Below are positions 17,462 through 28,400 of a stretch of 64,000 nt of DNA, in pieces. A program made the position numbers and the translations under genes. Location of the stretch: positions 160,001 through 224,000 of the forward strand of contig JAXMNT010000005.1 of assembly GCA_034670305.1 (NCBI GenBank), given 5' to 3'. The notes beneath the pieces are model-generated. The model was not told the DNA's origin. It saw nothing but the letters and a program-made list of their open reading frames with translations, and did not search any database. Numbering within the stretch: position 1 is the stretch's first letter; each line of letters starts with the position of its first letter. Source of the stretch: Deltaproteobacteria bacterium (lineage in GTDB: Bacteria > Myxococcota_A > Polyangia > Polyangiales > Houyiibacteriaceae).

Positions 17462-19861
17462 TCAGCGGACTTCGTGGAGCGTTCGGCCGGCTTCGACGAA
17501 GACGCGTAGGCCTGGGAACGCGGGCAAGAAGCTCCGGGGTGGTGGTTTGGTGCGGTCGCCTTTGACGATGGTCAGGACGGCGCGCGCCTGCGGGAGGTCG
17601 AACTCGACTTGGTAGGTCGCGTCGCCGAGCGACACCGTCCTCGGGAACAGATCTTCGAGCATGCCCTGCAGCTCGTACGGCAGCGGCTGGGCCAAGAAAT
17701 CGTCCTCGGACAAGAGCGCGAGTTCGTCGCCGCGTTCGATGCCGAGCTCTTCGACCCGCGCCACCACCCACTCGTCGAAGCTCGGCGGCGCCTCGAGCCC
17801 TTCCGGCAAACCGTGCTGTTGTCCGACCGAGGAGCGGGAGAGCTGCGCCGCGAGCGCCCGCGCGTCGAGCCGCACCTTGGTCTCGCGGATCGACTTCTTG
17901 AAGAGCGAACCACGCTTCAAGAGATCCACGATCGCCGCGCGGGCCACCTCGCCGACCGGCACTTCTTCGCGGGTGGCGAGCACCTTCTTGGCGAACACGA
18001 TCTCGATCTCCGCCAGCACCCGCTTCTTCTTCACCCAAGTCCGCGCGAGCCTCGGCCGGCCGAGTCCGGCATCGCGCAGCGTCGGCAGATCACAGGGCGA
18101 CGCACAGGTCGCGAGCAGCCGGCGGTCTTTGCCGGTGCCGAACGCGCGCACGTCGAAGACCACGATCGCTTCCGCGGCCACTTCGCCCGGCCGGACATCG
18201 AGCGCCTTCCAGACCGCCGACTCGCGCGCGAGCTGCAGCTCGGTCCCGCCGTTGGCGAAGGCGAACCGCTCGCTCTTCTTCGAGGAGCGCCGGCGGACCA
18301 CGTGCGCGTTGCGGGCGTCCGCGCCGAGCGCGACCTCGCGCAGCCGCCGCGCGTCCACGTCCTCGTGTGAGGGCGACGGCAACGAGAGCACCGCGCGCAG
18401 GCGGCGGGCCACGCTCTCTGCATCGCGGCGCGCGAGCCGGTCGACCGAAGCACCACCGAACCGCACCGCCCGGACCAGTGCCGACGCGTCGCAGGCGTCG
18501 ACGCGGATCGGGTCTTCGAGCTCCGGCGGCCCATGAAAGAACCGCCGGCCCGAGGACAGCGCCGCCACCAGATCGACCACGTCCTGGAGTACCGTCTCGT
18601 CCTCTTCGCGCTCCGAGATCGCGCGCGCCTCGACGATGAGCCGACCGAGCGACGCGTCGATCGGCAGCCCGAAGAGCTGGCGGCCGGCGCCCGTGACCGC
18701 GCCCGCTGCGTCGATCGCACCGAGCGCCCGCAGCTCGTCCCGCGCGTCTTCGAGCGCGCCGTCTTTCGGCGGGTCGAGCAGCGGTAGCCTCTCGACGTCC
18801 GGGTGGCCGCACGCCGCGGCGCTCAGCAAAAGCGGCACCAGCGACTCGCGGTGGATCTCGGGCGGTGTGCGTTCCTCGAGGGCGCCGCGCCGGGCCCAGA
18901 GCCGAATGCACACGCCCGGACCTGTGCGGCCCGCGCGCCCCGCCCGCTGGTCGGCGGCGTCCTGTGCGATCGGCAAGAGCGCCAAATGCGCGCGGCCCCG
19001 GTGGTAGCTGGTCCGCCGCACGAGGCCGGAGTCGATCACGACCCCGATGCCCGGCACCGTCAGCGAGGTCTCCGCGACGTTGGTGGAGAGCACGACCTTG
19101 CGCCGTTTGGTCGGCTCGAACACCCGCGACTGCGCGTCGAGGCTCAGGCCACCATGGAGCGGCACCAGATCCACCGGGAGGCTCCGCAGCGCGAGCTCCG
19201 CGGCCGCGATCTCCGCTTTGCCGGGCAGGAACACCAGCACATCGCCGGGCGCGTCCAGGGTGCGCACCACCTCGGCGATCCGGCGGTCGAGGTCGCGCGG
19301 GTTCGGCAGCGTCTCGCCGGCGTCGTGGTGGCGGATGTCCACCGGATGCAGCCGGCCGTCGGCCTGCAGGAGCGTGCCGCCGAGGTGCGCGGCGACCCGT
19401 GGTCCATCGAGGGTCGCGCTCATCGCCACCAGCTGGGTCTTCGGCGCGTTCATCAAGAGCGCGAGCAAGAGATCCACGTCGAGCCGCCGCTCGTGCAGCT
19501 CGTCGAGGATCACCGTCGGCGTCTCCTTCAACGCGTTCATCTGCCGCAGCGCAATGCCCGGCGTGACGAAGCGGACCACGGTCTCCGGCGAGATCCGGTT
19601 CTCGTCGCGCACCTGATAGCCGATGCGTTTTCCGAGCGCGCTGCCTTCGAGCGAGGCGACCCGCGAGGCCAGCGCGCGGCAGGCCACCCGCCGTGGCTCC
19701 ACCACCACCACCGGACCACGCTGCGCGGCCCAGCGCGGCACCTGGGTGCTCTTGCCGCTGCCGGTCGGCGCGGTGATCACGATCGGACCGCGCGTGGCGA
19801 GGTAGATCTCGCGCAGCGCGTTGACGGGCAGGTCGTCGTCGGTGGCGCGGCCGGCTACCAC
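17462..19861 (-). CDS. HrpB-like DExH-box ATP-dependent RNA helicase
   Basis: Motifs APTGSGKST, EPRR, DELHER, MSAT, FLPG, TNVAETSLT, QRAGRAGR. Confidence 0.9.
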   Translation of the reverse strand: MVAGRATDDDLPVNALREIYLATRGPIVITAPTGSGKSTQVPRWAAQRGPVVVVEPRRVACRALASRVASLEGSALGKRIGYQVRDENRISPETVVRFVTPGIALRQMNALKETPTVILDELHERRLDVDLLLALLMNAPKTQLVAMSATLDGPRVAAHLGGTLLQADGRLHPVDIRHHDAGETLPNPRDLDRRIAEVVRTLDAPGDVLVFLPGKAEIAAAELALRSLPVDLVPLHGGLSLDAQSRVFEPTKRRKVVLSTNVAETSLTVPGIGVVIDSGLVRRTSYHRGRAHLALLPIAQDAADQRAGRAGRTGPGVCIRLWARRGALEERTPPEIHRESLVPLLLSAAACGHPDVERLPLLDPPKDGALEDARDELRALGAIDAAGAVTGAGRQLFGLPIDASLGRLIVEARAISEREEDETVLQDVVDLVAALSSGRRFFHGPPELEDPIRVDACDASALVRAVRFGGASVDRLARRDAESVARRLRAVLSLPSPSHEDVDARRLREVALGADARNAHVVRRRSSKKSERFAFANGGTELQLARESAVWKALDVRPGEVAAEAIVVFDVRAFGTGKDRRLLATCASPCDLPTLRDAGLGRPRLARTWVKKKRVLAEIEIVFAKKVLATREEVPVGEVARAAIVDLLKRGSLFKKSIRETKVRLDARALAAQLSRSSVGQQHGLPEGLEAPPSFDEWVVARVEELGIERGDELALLSEDDFLAQPLPYELQGMLEDLFPRTVSLGDATYQVEFDLPQARAVLTIVKGDRTKPPPRSFLPAFPGLRVFVEAGRTLHEVR

Positions 19862-21534
19862 TCGGTGACGCGGTAGTCCTTGAGGAACTTGCCCCAGACG
19901 TGTTCGCCGGTGTTCAAGCCATCAAAGATCGGATCGAGAATGCGGGCCGCCCCATCGACGATGTCGAGCGGCGGGGAGAAGCCGTTCTCCTCCTTCTTTC
20001 GCTCGGCGATCTGCGCGGGGTCCTCGTCTGTCACCCAGCCGGTGTCCACGCTGTTCATGTGCACGCCGTCCTTCACGTAGTCCTGCGCGCTCGTGCGGGT
20101 CATCATGTTGAGCGCCGCCTTGGCCATGTTGGTGTGCGGGTGTTTGTCGGTCTTCCACGACCGGTAGAACTGCCCCTCCATCGCCGAGACATTGACGATG
20201 TGTTTGTCCTGCGAGGGGTGGCGCAACATCAAGGACTTCAGCCGCGCGTTCATGACGAAGGGCGCGACCGCGTTGACGAGGAACACCTCGAAGAGCTCCA
20301 CCGTCGGCACCTCTTGGAGCGTCATGCGCCAACTGTTCTTGTCGCGCAGATCGATCTGCTGCTGGTCTTGATCGAGCTCGCCCGATGGAAAGAGCGCGTC
20401 GCTGGCTTCGAGGTCTTCGGTCAAGAGCGCGAGCTGCGAGAGCCAGGGCGCGGCGTGGAGCCCAACCGTGCGCTGCGCGGCGGTCTTCGCGTCTTCGGTC
20501 TTGACCAGCGCGCCACTCGACTGCAGCGCGCTTCGGAACGCTTCGTGTTCGTCCGCGATGTCGCGCGCGCCCGGGGGCAAGCTCGCGATGGGCGCGCTCT
20601 CGAAGGGCAGCAGGTGCGCGTACCAGCCGGCCGGGCGGCGCACGGTCTGACAGGCGTTGTGAATGATGAAGTCGAGCCGGCCGAGGGTCTCGGTCAGGTG
20701 GTGGGTGAGTACTTCGACCGACGGCGTGTGCCGCAGGTCGAGTCCCAGCACATGCAACTTGTCGCCCCAGTCGCCGAAGTCCGGCTCCTCGGCGTAGCGG
20801 CGGATCGCGTCGCGGGGAAACCGTGTCGTCACGACGAGCTCTACGCCGGAGCGCAAGAGCATGATGCCCGCCTGGTACCCGATCTTCACCCGGCCACCGG
20901 TGAGCAGCGCGACCCGCCCCGACAGGTCCGCGGTCTGAAACCGTTTGTCGTAGTTGAAGGGCGCACAGGTCGCGCACATCTGATCGTAGAAGAAGTGCAG
21001 CCGCGAGAACGGCTCTTTGCAGACGTAACAGATGCGCGGGGGATCGAGCTCGGGCCAGTCCCAGTTCTCTGGGGTGGCGTGTTCGGTGAGCTGCGGCGTC
21101 TCGAAGACCTCGGCCCGCCGCTTCTCGCGGATCTGCGTCCGCTCGAGGATCTTCTCCTGGTCGCTGCGCCGTTTGGCTTTCTTGCGGCGCCGGAACTCGC
21201 GCTGGAGTTTGCGCGCTTGGTCCTTGGTCGGCCTCGACGCGCGGCCGGCCGCCATCAAGAGCCGCCGCCGCAACGGCTCGGGCGCCACCGCGAGCAAGCC
21301 TCGGTTCTCGGTCAGCTCTTCGAGAACGTCCGCGGCCGCCTCGAGCCGCGCCAGGGTCTCCGCATCGAGTGCTTCGCGCTCGGCCCGGGTCGGTGGCTCC
21401 TTGGGCTTCGTCTGAGCCGCGGCGTCGCCGGCCTCGCTGGCGGTGAGCGCAGCTTCGGATTCGGGCGAAGTCACGCCCGCCCCGCGGGCGCGCTCTTCGG
21501 GGGGCGCCGGGGTGGATTGGGAGTCGTCGGACAC
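19855..21534 (-). CDS. SDR-family oxidoreductase with an N-terminal extension and CxxC...CxxC motif
   Basis: Motifs CYVC...CATC, TGGRVKIG, NACQT, NVSAMEG, HTNMAKAALNM, VDTGWV. Confidence 0.85.
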   Translation of the reverse strand: MSDDSQSTPAPPEERARGAGVTSPESEAALTASEAGDAAAQTKPKEPPTRAEREALDAETLARLEAAADVLEELTENRGLLAVAPEPLRRRLLMAAGRASRPTKDQARKLQREFRRRKKAKRRSDQEKILERTQIREKRRAEVFETPQLTEHATPENWDWPELDPPRICYVCKEPFSRLHFFYDQMCATCAPFNYDKRFQTADLSGRVALLTGGRVKIGYQAGIMLLRSGVELVVTTRFPRDAIRRYAEEPDFGDWGDKLHVLGLDLRHTPSVEVLTHHLTETLGRLDFIIHNACQTVRRPAGWYAHLLPFESAPIASLPPGARDIADEHEAFRSALQSSGALVKTEDAKTAAQRTVGLHAAPWLSQLALLTEDLEASDALFPSGELDQDQQQIDLRDKNSWRMTLQEVPTVELFEVFLVNAVAPFVMNARLKSLMLRHPSQDKHIVNVSAMEGQFYRSWKTDKHPHTNMAKAALNMMTRTSAQDYVKDGVHMNSVDTGWVTDEDPAQIAERKKEENGFSPPLDIVDGAARILDPIFDGLNTGEHVWGKFLKDYRVTEW

Positions 21535-21599
21535 GCAGGACCTCTAGCAGGTTGCTGCCAGTCCGCCGACCGGTTTGACTCGGTCGCGGTGGTCGCGCG

Positions 21600-23624
21600 C
21601 TACGAGACGAGGCCGTTGCGGCGCAAGAGGGGTTCGAGCTCTGGATCGCGGCCCATGAAGTCGCGGTAGAGCAGGTCCGGCTCGGCGGCGTTGCCACGCG
21701 CGAGGATCGTCTTGCGGAACTGGTCGCCGGTCGCGCGGTCCACGACGCCCGCGTCGGCGAACTTCGTGAACGCATCCGCGTCGAGCACCTCGGCCCACTT
21801 GTAGCTGTAGTACGCCGCCGCGTAGCCGGTGGGGCTCGAGAAGAGGTGGCTGAACCCGCAGATCATCGCGTAGCCGTCCGGCAGCGGCGCCGGCGCGTGC
21901 AGTTCGAGCACCGCGTTGGCGGTCTCGAGCATCGACTCCTGCGTCAGCGTGTCGAGGTCGTCGAGCACCGTGTGCAGGTAGAGGTCCACGCTCGCAAACC
22001 CGAGCTGCCGCATCTGGCCGCTCGCGGCGCGGAAGGTGCGGGCCGCAATCATCTTGTCGAAGAGTTCGTCCGGGATCTTCTCTCCGGTCTCGCAGTGCTT
22101 CGCGAAGAGATCGAGCGAGACCCGCTCCCAACAGAAGTTCTCCATGATCTGCGAGGGCAGCTCGACGAAGTCCCACGCGACGTTGGTGCCGTTGAGCGAT
22201 CGAACCTCGACCTCGCTGAGCGCGTGGTGCAGCAGATGTCCGAACTCGTGAAAGAGCGTCTCCACCTCGCGGTGGGTGAGCTGCGCCGGCGCGTCGCCGA
22301 CCGGCGGCGAGACATTCGCGCAGAAGAGCCCGAGCTGCGGCGAGCCCTTCGGCACCCCGCTGATGAGCGGGTTCATCCATGCGCCCCCGCGTTTGTCTTC
22401 GCGCGGAAAGAGGTCGACGTAGAACGCGGCCAGGAGCGCATCGCCTTCGTAGATGCCGTACGCACGCACCGCTTCGTTCCACGCCGCTGCCTCGTAGGGG
22501 CGGATCTCCACGCCGTAGAGTGCGCCGGCCAGGCGGAAGAGGCCTTCGAGCACGCTGTCGACCGCGAAGTAGGGGCGCAGCGCTTCGTCGTCGAACGCGA
22601 AGCGGGACTTGCGGAGCTTCTCGGCGTAGTAGCCGACGTCCCACGGCGCGATGGCCGGGGCGTCCGCGCCTTCCAGTTCGGCGCGGAACGCTTGCAGTTC
22701 GACCTTCTCGCGGTCGAACGCCGCTTGGGTGCGGGCCCGAAGATCCGCCACGAAGGCCGACGCGCGTTCGCCGCTCTTGGCCATGCGCGGCTCGAGCACG
22801 AAGTCCGCGAAGTCGTCGTAGCCGAGCAGCGTCGCCTTCTCTTTGCGGAGCGTGAGGATCTCGATGATGAGCGCCCGGTTGTCGCGCTCGCCGCCCGACG
22901 CGCGGGCGTTGTAGGCGCGCCACATCTGCTCGCGAATGCCCGCGTCGTCGAGGTGCTGCATCACCGCGATGTAACTCGGCGCGTGCAGGGTGAAGCGCCA
23001 GCCCTCTGCCTTCTTGGACTCGGCGGATTGTTTCGCGGCGGCGATGGCCGAGGCCGGCAGCCCTTGAAGCTTCGTTTCGTCGGTCACGAGCAACTCGAAG
23101 TCGTTCGTGTCGTCGAGCACGTTCTGGGAGAACTTGGTCGTGCGCTTGGTCAGCGCGACGTCGATCTCCTGCAAGCGGCTCTTGTCGTCGTCGTCGAGCC
23201 CGGCGCCCTGCCGCCGGAACTCGTCGAGCGTCTTGTCGAGCAAGCGCTTCTTGGCGCCGGTCAACGCTTTGGCTTCTTCGGTCTCGGCGAACTTCAGGAG
23301 CGACGCGTAGAGTTTCGGGTCGAGCGAGATGCTGGACCAGAGCTCACTCGCTTTGGGCTGGGCCTCGTTGTAGGCCTCGCGCAGCGGCGGCGTGGTGGCG
23401 ACCGACTCGAGGTGCCCCACCACCGTGAGCGCGACCTCGAGATCTTCGGTCGCCGCCTCCAGCGCGCCGATGGTCGTGTCCCACGTGAACGTCTTCGTGT
23501 GGCCGATCGCGGCGAGCGCTTCTTCGGTCTTGGCGATGAGCGCGTCGATCCCCGGACCCACGTGCTCCGCCCGAACCTGGTCGAAGGGGATGGCGAACGG
23601 AATGCGCAGCAGGGGGTTGGTCAT
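21600..23624 (-). CDS. prlC: Oligopeptidase A (M3 metallopeptidase)
   Basis: MTNPLL start. Motifs KRGGAWM, FHEFGHLLH, WDFVELPSQIMEN, YYSYKWAEVLDADAF. Confidence 0.92.
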   Translation of the reverse strand: MTNPLLRIPFAIPFDQVRAEHVGPGIDALIAKTEEALAAIGHTKTFTWDTTIGALEAATEDLEVALTVVGHLESVATTPPLREAYNEAQPKASELWSSISLDPKLYASLLKFAETEEAKALTGAKKRLLDKTLDEFRRQGAGLDDDDKSRLQEIDVALTKRTTKFSQNVLDDTNDFELLVTDETKLQGLPASAIAAAKQSAESKKAEGWRFTLHAPSYIAVMQHLDDAGIREQMWRAYNARASGGERDNRALIIEILTLRKEKATLLGYDDFADFVLEPRMAKSGERASAFVADLRARTQAAFDREKVELQAFRAELEGADAPAIAPWDVGYYAEKLRKSRFAFDDEALRPYFAVDSVLEGLFRLAGALYGVEIRPYEAAAWNEAVRAYGIYEGDALLAAFYVDLFPREDKRGGAWMNPLISGVPKGSPQLGLFCANVSPPVGDAPAQLTHREVETLFHEFGHLLHHALSEVEVRSLNGTNVAWDFVELPSQIMENFCWERVSLDLFAKHCETGEKIPDELFDKMIAARTFRAASGQMRQLGFASVDLYLHTVLDDLDTLTQESMLETANAVLELHAPAPLPDGYAMICGFSHLFSSPTGYAAAYYSYKWAEVLDADAFTKFADAGVVDRATGDQFRKTILARGNAAEPDLLYRDFMGRDPELEPLLRRNGLVS

Positions 23625-23716
23625 GGGGGCGGTGTAGCAAAGAGAGGCCGCCCCGCCGATGCGTTTTCGCCCGGTCCCGAAGGCAGGCGTCCTGCGACCC
23701 GTTTCGACCCGTGCCC

Positions 23717-23924
23717 GCTTCGGCTTCGGGATCGGCTTCGGCTTCGGAATCGGCTTCGGGATCGGCTTCGGCTTCGGGATCGGCTTCGGGATCGGCTTCG
23801 GCTTCGGGATCGGCTTCGGGATCGGCTTCGGCTTCGGGATCGGCTTCGGGATCGGCTTCGGGATCGGCTTCGGGATCGGCTTCTTCGATCCAGAACCGAG
23901 GGCAAGGCAGGGCAGGGGCAAGGG
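23717..23924. repeat. (GGCTTC/GGGATC)n tract followed by a (GGGCAA/GGGCAG)n tract
   Basis: Near-perfect hexamer run at 23717-23883 and a G-tract run at 23900-23924, between the RND stop and the prlC start. Confidence 0.9.
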
Positions 23925-23937
23925 CCCCCGTCTCGAC

Positions 23938-26900
23938 CTACTCCTCTTCCGCCCCCCGTTCGCCCGACCCATCCGGTTTGGGCGACTGCGCCGCCTCCTC
24001 GGAGAGCTCCTCCTCGGGCGTCGGCTGCTTGAAGCCGGCTTCGAGCTTCAGGGGTGCGGGCAGCCGGTAGAACATGGCGTAGAGCAGGGGCACCACCACC
24101 AGCGTGAACACCGTCGAGAAGACGAGTCCGAACATGATCGCGACCGACATCGGTTCCCACATCGCCCCTCCGCTCAAGTAGAGCGGGATGAGCGACGCGA
24201 CCGTGGTGGCGGTGGTGAGCAGGATCGGCCGGACCCGGGTCTGGGCGGCCGCAACGACGGCCCTCTCGGGCGCCAGGCCTTCGTCGATCTCGATCTGGAT
24301 CCGGTCGAGTAGGACGATCGCGTTGTTGATGACGATGCCCGCCAGACTGATGATGCCGAGCAGGGTCATGAACCCGAACGAGCTGTCCATGACCACCAGT
24401 CCGATGACCACGCCGATCATCGCGAGCACGATGGTCGAGAGCACGATGATCGGTTTGCGGATGGAGTTGAACTGGCTGACCAGCAGCAAGATGATCACGA
24501 GCCCCGCGATCGGGAGCTTCGCGCCGATGCTGGCATTGGCTTTGACGCTCGACTCCATCTCGCCGCCGAGCTCGTACCGGTAGCCGACGTCCCACCCAGC
24601 TTGTTGTTCGTCGAGCCATGGCTGCAGCTCGTTCACGACGTCGATGGCGGTGGTGCCGTCGACCTCGGCCGAGACCGTGACGGTCCGGTACCGGTCGCGC
24701 CGCAATACCGCGGACGGTTCGAACGCGAGCGTGATGTCGGCCACCTGCGAGAGCGGGACGCTCTGTCGCCGAGTGCTCGAGAAGACCGCGAGGTTCTGGA
24801 CCCGGTCGAGGTCGCGGCGGTCGACCGCGACGCTGCGCACGATGACTGGGATCGACTCGTCCTCTTCTCGGTAGCGTGTCGTCTCGAGGCCGCTGAGGAA
24901 GGTCTGCATCGCGAGCGCGACCTCCTGGTTGGTCACCCCGGCCCGCCGCGCGCGCTCTTCGTCGATCGAGACCACGAGCTTCTTCACCCGCGAGCCCCAG
25001 TCGTCCGCGATGTTGTAGGTGCCGGCGACGTCTCCGAGCTCCGCCTTCACGCGGTCGACGATCTCGAACACTGCGTCGGTGTCGGGGCCGGAGATGCGGA
25101 TCTGCACCGGTTTGGTGACCGGTGGTCCAGACGAGAGCGAACGGATGAACGGCTCGACGTCCGGGAAGGTCTCGAGCGACCACCGGTTCATGCGCTCCAT
25201 GATGCGCTCGGCGGCTTCCGCCGAGGTCGTGTGCACCATCAGCTCGCAGTAGCCCCCAAGCGACGGCGCGGGGCTGTAGCCGAGGGTGAACGGCACGGGC
25301 GTCTCGCCGATGAAGGTCGTCCAGCTCGTGACCCCGTCGGCGTCCTCGTCGTCGACCAGACCCTCGACGCGCAGCTCTTCCAGGAACCGGTCGACCTCCG
25401 CGGACATCTCGCGGGTGGTGTCGATGCTGGTGCCCGGCGGAAGGTTCAGCTGCGCCATGAAGAACGCGCGGTCTTGGGCGGGGAAGAAGATCGCGGGGAC
25501 CAGACTCCACAGCTGCATCGACGCGAAGAACGCCAACAAGACGATCGCGATCGAAGCTTTCCGGAACGTGAGCACGGTGCGCAGCGATCGGCGGTAGAGC
25601 TGGTAGAAGCGCCCCTCGTACCCGGAACCGGCGTCTGCCTTGCGGGGCTCCACTTTGAGAAAGAGCGTGCACAAAAGCGGCGTCATCGTGAGCGCGAGCC
25701 CCCACGAGACCAGCAAGGTGGTCGAGACGACGGTGAACAGCGCCCCGGTGTATTCGCCGACCGCGGACTCGGCCAGGTAGATCGGCAGGAACGCGGCGGC
25801 GGTCGTGAGCGACGAGACCAAGAGCGGGGTCTGCAGCTCCCGGCACGCGTTCACCGCGGCGTCGTAGGCCGACTCGCCGTCGGTCATGCGCACCATGATC
25901 GACTCGCTGACGACGATGGCGTTGTCGACCAATAAACCGAGCGCGATGATCAGCGCCGCCAGGCTCATCTGGTTCACCGTCTCGCCGTACAGACTCATGA
26001 TCCACAGCGTGATGACCATCGCAGCGGGAATGAGCGCAGAGACCACGAGCCCGGTGCGCAGTCCCAGCGTCAGCAGCATCACGACCAGCACGATGCCGAC
26101 GGCCTGCAGCACGTTGACGCCGAACTCCTCGACTTTGGCTTCGACCTCGGTGGGCTGGAAGTAGGTCACCTCGAAGTCGATCCCGTGCGGGTACCGCGCG
26201 GGCAAACCATCGAAGAACGACTTCACCTCTTCGCCGAGCGCGACGAGGTTGTTGCCGTCCGCCATCGAGACCGCGAACGTGAGCGCCCGGCGGCCTTCCA
26301 GGGTCACGAGCCCGCTCGGTGGATCGACGTAACCGCGGGAGATGCGGGTGACGTCGCCGAGGTAGGTCAGCCCGCCCGTTGGCAGCTCGATGAGCGTGCG
26401 CCCGAGCTCTTCGACCGAGATGAAGTTGCCGCTCGGCTCGAGCGAGATGCGCTCGGTGCCCAGATCGATCTGGCCACCCGGCATGATGATGTTGCGGGTC
26501 TGCAGCACCTGTTGGATCTGCCCAGGCGAGAGCCCGAGCTGGGCGAGCCGCGCGTTGTTGAACTCGACGAAGATCCGGTCTTCCTGTTCGCCAAGGATCT
26601 CCACCTTCGCGACGCCGTCGATGTGGAGAATCTGATCGCGGATCGTGTCGGCGATCTCGCGCATCTCCCGCTCCTCGTAGCCGTCCGCGGTCATGCTGAA
26701 GAGCATCGGGTAGGTGTCGCCGAGTTCGTCGTTGATCTCCGGAAGCTGAGCGCCGGCCGGCAGCTGGACCGAGGCGATCTTCCGGCGCAGCGAGTCCCAG
26801 ATCGGGCGCACGTCTTTGAACTCTTCTCGGATGGTGACGGAGACCACCGAGACGCCGGTGCGGCTGGTGCTGCTGATGAAGTCGAGTTCCGGCAGCGACT

Positions 26901-27114
26901 GCGCGGCCTGCTCGATCGGATCGGTCACGAGCTGTTCGACCCGGTCCGGGCTCGCGCCGGGGAACCGAGTGACGATCTGCGCGACCCGGATGATGAACCC
27001 AGGGTCCATCTGCTGCGGCATCGTCTGGTACGCGCCGACGCCGCTGACGAGCAGCACCCCGATGAGCACGCCGGTGACGCGGTTCTTGCGAATCGCGGTG
27101 GACGTGATGCTCAT
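23938..27114 (-). CDS. RND efflux transporter permease (AcrB/AcrD/AcrF family)
   Basis: 1058 aa. Motifs FPGASP..VE, GLLVDNAIV, GIVINNAIVL, RVRPILLT. Confidence 0.95.
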   Translation of the reverse strand: MSITSTAIRKNRVTGVLIGVLLVSGVGAYQTMPQQMDPGFIIRVAQIVTRFPGASPDRVEQLVTDPIEQAAQSLPELDFISSTSRTGVSVVSVTIREEFKDVRPIWDSLRRKIASVQLPAGAQLPEINDELGDTYPMLFSMTADGYEEREMREIADTIRDQILHIDGVAKVEILGEQEDRIFVEFNNARLAQLGLSPGQIQQVLQTRNIIMPGGQIDLGTERISLEPSGNFISVEELGRTLIELPTGGLTYLGDVTRISRGYVDPPSGLVTLEGRRALTFAVSMADGNNLVALGEEVKSFFDGLPARYPHGIDFEVTYFQPTEVEAKVEEFGVNVLQAVGIVLVVMLLTLGLRTGLVVSALIPAAMVITLWIMSLYGETVNQMSLAALIIALGLLVDNAIVVSESIMVRMTDGESAYDAAVNACRELQTPLLVSSLTTAAAFLPIYLAESAVGEYTGALFTVVSTTLLVSWGLALTMTPLLCTLFLKVEPRKADAGSGYEGRFYQLYRRSLRTVLTFRKASIAIVLLAFFASMQLWSLVPAIFFPAQDRAFFMAQLNLPPGTSIDTTREMSAEVDRFLEELRVEGLVDDEDADGVTSWTTFIGETPVPFTLGYSPAPSLGGYCELMVHTTSAEAAERIMERMNRWSLETFPDVEPFIRSLSSGPPVTKPVQIRISGPDTDAVFEIVDRVKAELGDVAGTYNIADDWGSRVKKLVVSIDEERARRAGVTNQEVALAMQTFLSGLETTRYREEDESIPVIVRSVAVDRRDLDRVQNLAVFSSTRRQSVPLSQVADITLAFEPSAVLRRDRYRTVTVSAEVDGTTAIDVVNELQPWLDEQQAGWDVGYRYELGGEMESSVKANASIGAKLPIAGLVIILLLVSQFNSIRKPIIVLSTIVLAMIGVVIGLVVMDSSFGFMTLLGIISLAGIVINNAIVLLDRIQIEIDEGLAPERAVVAAAQTRVRPILLTTATTVASLIPLYLSGGAMWEPMSVAIMFGLVFSTVFTLVVVPLLYAMFYRLPAPLKLEAGFKQPTPEEELSEEAAQSPKPDGSGERGAEEE

Positions 27115-28400
27115 TCGTCGTCGTCCTGAGTGTCCGCCGGGGCTTCTTCTTCGGCTTCGTCTTCTTCGCCGGTGGCGGTGCCCTCTTGCGGCGGCACCCG
27201 GACTTCGAGTCCGTCCTCGATGCGGCTCACGCCAGCCGTCACCACGCGCTCACCCGCTTCGAGGCCTTCCGTCACGACGATGCCGCCCGGGCCGATCTCG
27301 CCGACCTCCACGCTGCGGCGCCGGACGTTGGCGGTCTCGCCTTCGCCGTCGAGCACGAATACGAAGCGGCCTTCGCGGTCTTCGCCGACCGCGCTCGTCG
27401 GCACGGTGAGTCCCGGCGCCTCGGCGTCGGCGTGCGCGCGGAACGAGACGTCCGCGACCATGCCGGGGCGCACGTCCTCGGTGCCTTCGGGCAGCCGAAT
27501 CGTCACCGGAAAGATCGCGCTGCCTTGGGCGGGGGTGCCGACCTCGTAGACCGTGCCGACGATGGAGCGGCCGCGGATCTCCACGTTGGCTTCGTCGCCG
27601 CGCGAGACGTGCTGGATGTGCGACTCCGGCATGTCCACGCCAACCTCCAGCTGCTCACCGATCTGAAGCGTGGCGACGACCTGGCCGGCGCCGACGACCT
27701 CGCCCGCCTCCACCGAGACCGCGCTGATGGTGCCGGCGCTGGGCGCGCTCAACCGCGCGTATTCGAGTTGGCGCTGGAGCCTTCGAACCGCCTGTCCCGC
27801 AGCCCCGGCCGCAGACTGGGCTCCGTCGCGCTGCGCACGCGCGTTGTCGAGATCCTGGGGCGACGCGTTCTGGTTCTCGTAGAGCGCGCGCACCCGCTGG
27901 TAGGTCGCCGCCGCGCTGCGCGATTGCGCCTGGGCTTGTCCGGCCGATGCACGGGCTTCTTGGAGCTGCAGCTGCAGGTCGGTCGGGTCGACCTCTGCGA
28001 TGACCTGGTCCGCTTCGACCGCGTCGCCCACCCGGACCGAGAGGGTGGTGACCCGGCCGGGCACCTGAAAGCTCAACCGGCTTTCGCTCCCGGCGCGTAC
28101 GGACCCCGCGAAGGTGTGGGTCGCGTCGCCCGTGCCATTGCCTGCGACGACCCAGCGTACGGGTCGGACGATGGCTTCCGTCGACGGTTCTTCGCCGCCG
28201 CAGCCGGACGTGAGCGCGGCGCCTGCGATGAGGCCAGCGAGCACCGCACCCGAGCGCAGCGTGCCTGCGCCGCAGAGCCATGCGCCGGCCCTCCTCCTGC
28301 GCCTTGTCGTCGCTGCCAACATCGCGATCGCGTCGGTCTTCATCGTATTCGTTCCCGTGTTCAAAGTGCCCACCCTGGTCTTGCGCGTCGTGCTGGTCAT
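27111..28400 (-). CDS. RND efflux periplasmic adaptor (membrane fusion lipoprotein)
   Basis: Lipobox LTSGC. Motifs LSFQVPGRV, V.VGD.V, L.APSAG, PGM, GLEAGERVV. ATGA overlap with the TolC gene. Confidence 0.9.
   Translation of the reverse strand: MTSTTRKTRVGTLNTGTNTMKTDAIAMLAATTRRRRRAGAWLCGAGTLRSGAVLAGLIAGAALTSGCGGEEPSTEAIVRPVRWVVAGNGTGDATHTFAGSVRAGSESRLSFQVPGRVTTLSVRVGDAVEADQVIAEVDPTDLQLQLQEARASAGQAQAQSRSAAATYQRVRALYENQNASPQDLDNARAQRDGAQSAAGAAGQAVRRLQRQLEYARLSAPSAGTISAVSVEAGEVVGAGQVVATLQIGEQLEVGVDMPESHIQHVSRGDEANVEIRGRSIVGTVYEVGTPAQGSAIFPVTIRLPEGTEDVRPGMVADVSFRAHADAEAPGLTVPTSAVGEDREGRFVFVLDGEGETANVRRRSVEVGEIGPGGIVVTEGLEAGERVVTAGVSRIEDGLEVRVPPQEGTATGEEDEAEEEAPADTQDDDE

Noticed and set aside
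23625-23972. Long N-terminal extension of prlC in the ORF track (PKPIPKP repeats)
   Set aside because: This is read-through of a stop-free hexamer tract. The family-typical start MTNPLL is at 23624.
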